This document shows, one piece after another, positions 61,045 to 64,000 of a stretch of 64,000 nucleotides of DNA; position 1 is the first letter of the stretch; each line of letters opens with the position of its first letter. The stretch lies in the NCBI GenBank assembly GCA_963771885.1, contig CAVYVF010000023.1, forward strand, positions 96,001-160,000, in the 5' to 3' direction. A program made the translations under genes and the position numbers. A model generated the notes under the pieces. That model ran no database searches and was not told the DNA's origin. It was given only the letters and a program-made list of their open reading frames with translations. This DNA comes from Candidatus Bathyarchaeota archaeon (lineage in GTDB: Archaea; Thermoproteota; Bathyarchaeia; TCS64).

Positions 61045-61914
61045 ATGAAGCTGATCAACAAGGACACAAAAGTCGTCGTGCAGGGCATCACTGGCACGCA
61101 GGGCAAGTTCCACGCCGCCCGCATGAGGGAGTACGGCACAAAGGTAGTAGCCGGAGTCACCCCCGGCCGCGGCGGACAGGAGGTCGACGGCACACCCGTC
61201 TACGACACCGTCGCCGAGGCAAAGGAGAGGCACGGCTGCGACGCATCCATAATCTTCGTCCCCGCAGGGGGCGCGCTAGACGCCGCCCTAGAGGCGATGG
61301 AGACAGGCATGAACCCCGTCGTCGTCATCACCGAGGGCATACCCGTCAGGGACACAATCGAGCTAGTCGCCCGCGCCAAGCAGACAGGCACCACCATCGT
61401 CGGCCCCAACACACCCGGCCTCATCAAGGCTGGCGAGTCCAAGATGGGCATCATGCCCAACCAGGTCTTCAAGCGCGGCTCCGTCGGCATCATCAGCCGC
61501 AGCGGTACACTATTCTACGAGATCGCCGCCCACGTCACGAACCAGGGACTCGGCGAGTCCACATGCGTCGGCCTCGGGGGCGACCCCGTCGTCGGCCTCG
61601 ACTACATAGAGCTCCTCAAGTGGTTCCAGAGGGACCCCGAGACGAAGGCCGTCGCCCTCATCGGCGAGATCGGCGGAGACGCCGAGGAGAAGGCAGCCGA
61701 CTTCATAGCCTCGGGGGGCTTCACGAAGCCCGTCGCCGCCTACATCGCGGGGCGCGCCGCGATACCGGGGAAGAGGATGGGCCACGCGGGCGCAATAATC
61801 CAAGGCTCAGCCGGGACAGCCGACAGCAAGATGAACGCCCTCCGCGGCGCGGGCGCCTTCATCGGCGAGCAGCCCGTGGACGTCGCCAAAGCTTTGAAGA
61901 AGGCGCTAGGCTAG
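61045..61914 (+). CDS. sucD: Succinyl-CoA synthetase alpha subunit
   Basis: VQGITG, ITEGIP, GPNTPG, SRSGTL, GEIGG, RMGHAGA. Confidence 0.95.
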   Translation: MKLINKDTKVVVQGITGTQGKFHAARMREYGTKVVAGVTPGRGGQEVDGTPVYDTVAEAKERHGCDASIIFVPAGGALDAALEAMETGMNPVVVITEGIPVRDTIELVARAKQTGTTIVGPNTPGLIKAGESKMGIMPNQVFKRGSVGIISRSGTLFYEIAAHVTNQGLGESTCVGLGGDPVVGLDYIELLKWFQRDPETKAVALIGEIGGDAEEKAADFIASGGFTKPVAAYIAGRAAIPGKRMGHAGAIIQGSAGTADSKMNALRGAGAFIGEQPVDVAKALKKALG

Positions 61915-62438
61915 GCCTCGTCCAGCATCTCAAGCAGCTTGTTCAACATCTTGTAGGTGAGGCCCCAGACGATGTCGTCGCCGAGTTTGAAGACCTCGCC
62001 CTCCCATCCCTTCACCTTCGCGGTGCACCTGCTGGCGCGAAGCTCCTTGAGGTGCACCCAGCGGTACGAGGTCAGTTCGGGGTTGAGCTTGATCTCGGGA
62101 CGCCCCTCGTAGAGGTAGACTATTGGCAGCACATCCTTGCCGGGGCGGAGCGAGGAGAACATCACCGGCAGCCCGCCGATGTAGGTGAGTAGATCGAGGT
62201 CTATCCCAGTCTCCTCGCGTACCTCCCTCATCACTGTGTCCCTGAGGGTGTTGTCGCCCTGCGCCTTCTTGCCGCCCGGGAACGCCATGTCACCCGACCA
62301 GGGATCTCCCGACACCTCGGCGCGTCGCACGAGAAGAGTCTCGTAGTCGTCCCCATCCTCACGTAGAAGTATGGCAACGGCTGCCCACGCGTCCAGCGCC
62401 TCGACGCCGCGCAGCCTACGCTTCAACCTCTCGATCAA
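61911..62438 (-). CDS. NUDIX hydrolase, CoA pyrophosphatase-like
   Basis: PWSGDMAFPGG, REVREETG, IVWGLT. Confidence 0.88.
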   Translation of the reverse strand: MIERLKRRLRGVEALDAWAAVAILLREDGDDYETLLVRRAEVSGDPWSGDMAFPGGKKAQGDNTLRDTVMREVREETGIDLDLLTYIGGLPVMFSSLRPGKDVLPIVYLYEGRPEIKLNPELTSYRWVHLKELRASRCTAKVKGWEGEVFKLGDDIVWGLTYKMLNKLLEMLDEA

Positions 62439-62541
62439 CGAGGACCACTCCGATTGAAACCGTCGACGCGGTTAAAATACTAATTGCTCAATTGTCCAAT
62501 TCCGGATAGGTTTATTACGGCTCAGGGGTTGTGGCTCTCCT

Positions 62542-63400
62542 GTGTCAGCCACGACGGATGAGGAGCGGAAGGGCGAGGACTTCGTTAGACGCGTAGAGGA
62601 GCTCAACAAGCTCAGGGCGCGCATGAGCAGGGTCAAGCACAAGATCGCGGTGATGAGCGGCAAGGGCGGCGTCGGCAAGAGCCTCGTCACCGTCAACCTC
62701 GCCGCGGCGCTAGCCGCGGAGGGCAAGAGGGTCGGCGTCCTCGACGCTGACATCCACGGCCCAACGGTGCCGAAGATGCTCGGCATGAAGGGGGCGCGGC
62801 TCGAGGCGAGCGCCGAAGGCGGCATAATCGCGCCTACATCGCCGTCGGGTATCAAGGTCGTCTCGATGGACTTCCTCCTCCCAACGCAGGACTCACCCGT
62901 CATCTGGCGCGGCCCCCTCAAGATGTCGGCGATACGCCAGCTTCTCTCCGACGTCGAGTGGGGCGACCTCGACTACCTCCTCGTCGACCTCCCCCCGGGG
63001 ACCGGCGACGAGGCGCTCACCGTGCTGCAGCTACTTCAGGACATCGACGGCGTCGTCATCGTGACCATGCCCAACGAGGTGAGCGGGCAGGTCGTCGAGA
63101 AGTCGGTCAGCTTCGCACGCCAGATGAAGGCTCCCATCGTCGGCCTCGTCGAGAACATGAGCTACCTCATCTGCCCCCACTGCGGTGACAGGATAGACCT
63201 CTTCGGCAAGGGCGTTGGGGAGTCGCCTCGCGAAGAAGATGGGCGTGCCCTTCCTCGGCGCGATCCCCCTCGAGCCCGGCGTCGCCAAGGGATCAGACAC
63301 GGGCAAGCCATTCGTCATGGAGAACCCGGACAGCCCCGCCGCCAAGGCGTTCAGGGTGATAGTCGCGGGCATAGAGAAGTTCGTCGGCTCAAAGCCGTGA
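62542..63400 (+). CDS. mrp: Mrp/ApbC/NBP35 Fe-S cluster carrier ATPase; apparent indel near 63220
   Basis: SGKGGVGKS, DADIHGP, WRGP, DLPPGTGD, ENMSYLICPHC. Confidence 0.92.
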
Positions 63401-64000
63401 CTTCCTCGCAGCGAGGATCTTCGCGGGCTCCAGGACGTTCCCCGAGTAGTTTAGGGTGAAGGACTCGGGGAATGCGTTGCATAGCTCCGCCATGGCACGG
63501 AAGCCCGTACAATGGCAAGGCGAGAGGATTCGGAGGTCATATTTCCTCAGCCCCTCAATCGTCGCCCTCGTGTACTCGGGCTTCCTACCGGTCAGGTGGG
63601 TGCCGCCGATGAGCGACTTTACCCTCTCACCAGTCAGGGATTCAACATAGTTGAGGATGTTTAGCGGGCCTGAGTGGGCGCAGCCCGTGACCACAGTCAG
63701 TCCAACGCCCTTCTCCCTGAGGAACAGCGACTGGTCATCGGGGATCGTGTCCGGGTGCCTCCGAGCCCTCCCTGACAAGCCTCTCCTTGACCAGCTCCAT
63801 GACCGTCTCGAAGCTGGCGCGGGGCACCTCCCCCGTCGCCCAGACGCCGGGGGCCACCTCTATAGGCGCCTTGGAGAGCACAACCTCCCCGCCCGCAGCC
63901 TCGATCTCGGCGACGCCCTGCCCGTCGGGGACGGATATCCTGCGCCTCTCCCCCTTCTCGTCCACCCTGAAGACGGGCTGGAACGCCGAGGGGTGGGCGT
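63389..64000 (-). CDS. MBL-fold metallohydrolase (MJ0448-like), 3' part only; apparent indel near 63755
   Basis: TGEVPR, DDQSL, TGCAHSG, IGGTHL, PCHCTG. Confidence 0.85.

Noticed and set aside
59898..62192. 764-aa ORF in the ORF track
   Set aside because: Only the first ~35 codons are real (sucC start); the rest is an off-frame Arg-rich shadow of sucCD caused by an indel
233..63650. Numerous long antisense and alternate-frame ORFs (e.g. 12894-14027, 31683-32750, 1526-2413)
   Set aside because: Shadows of real genes expected from high GC3; no motifs or start signals
1298..63800. About 20 frameshifts as programmed frameshifting or pseudogenisation
   Set aside because: They are 1-2 nt indels, often in short runs, and hit housekeeping genes (argG, sucC, mrp) with otherwise intact motifs; long-read consensus error is far more likely. 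Short-read polishing would decide.

Overview
A 64 kb stretch of gene-dense, moderately GC-rich archaeal chromosome. The archaeal signs are TATA-like boxes just before start codons, a Nop2/NIP7-like gene pair, archaeal-type tRNAs and frequent ATA/AGG codons. Bathyarchaeia is my best guess, not tested. The left half is dominated by amide/peptide hydrolases (three AbgB-like M20 paralogs, an M14 peptidase, D-aminoacylase, aspartoacylase, a nitrilase-family enzyme, a YtcJ-like amidohydrolase, a DmpA/BapA peptidase, two creatininases) and PLP enzymes. Housekeeping genes include pckG, argG, sucCD and mrp, plus tRNA-His(GTG) and tRNA-Leu(GAG). About 20 small indels split some 16 genes, including housekeeping ones, and are most likely long-read errors. 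The most interesting unexplained items are: (i) helically phased GCAC/GTGC repeat arrays in a ~1 kb gene-poor segment right after tRNA-Leu; (ii) an AT-rich intergenic region at ~15 kb with three GAGTTAYAGA repeats and an apparent GC-skew inversion (origin or terminus candidate); (iii) a rifampin-phosphotransferase-architecture kinase divergent from an Fe-S/ferredoxin/CooC operon; (iv) a GlmL-like ATPase without any mutase, paired with an uncharacterised partner; (v) an unannotated 24-aa CxCxCxC micropeptide gene in front of mntP. All calls come from reading motifs by eye; no searches were run.
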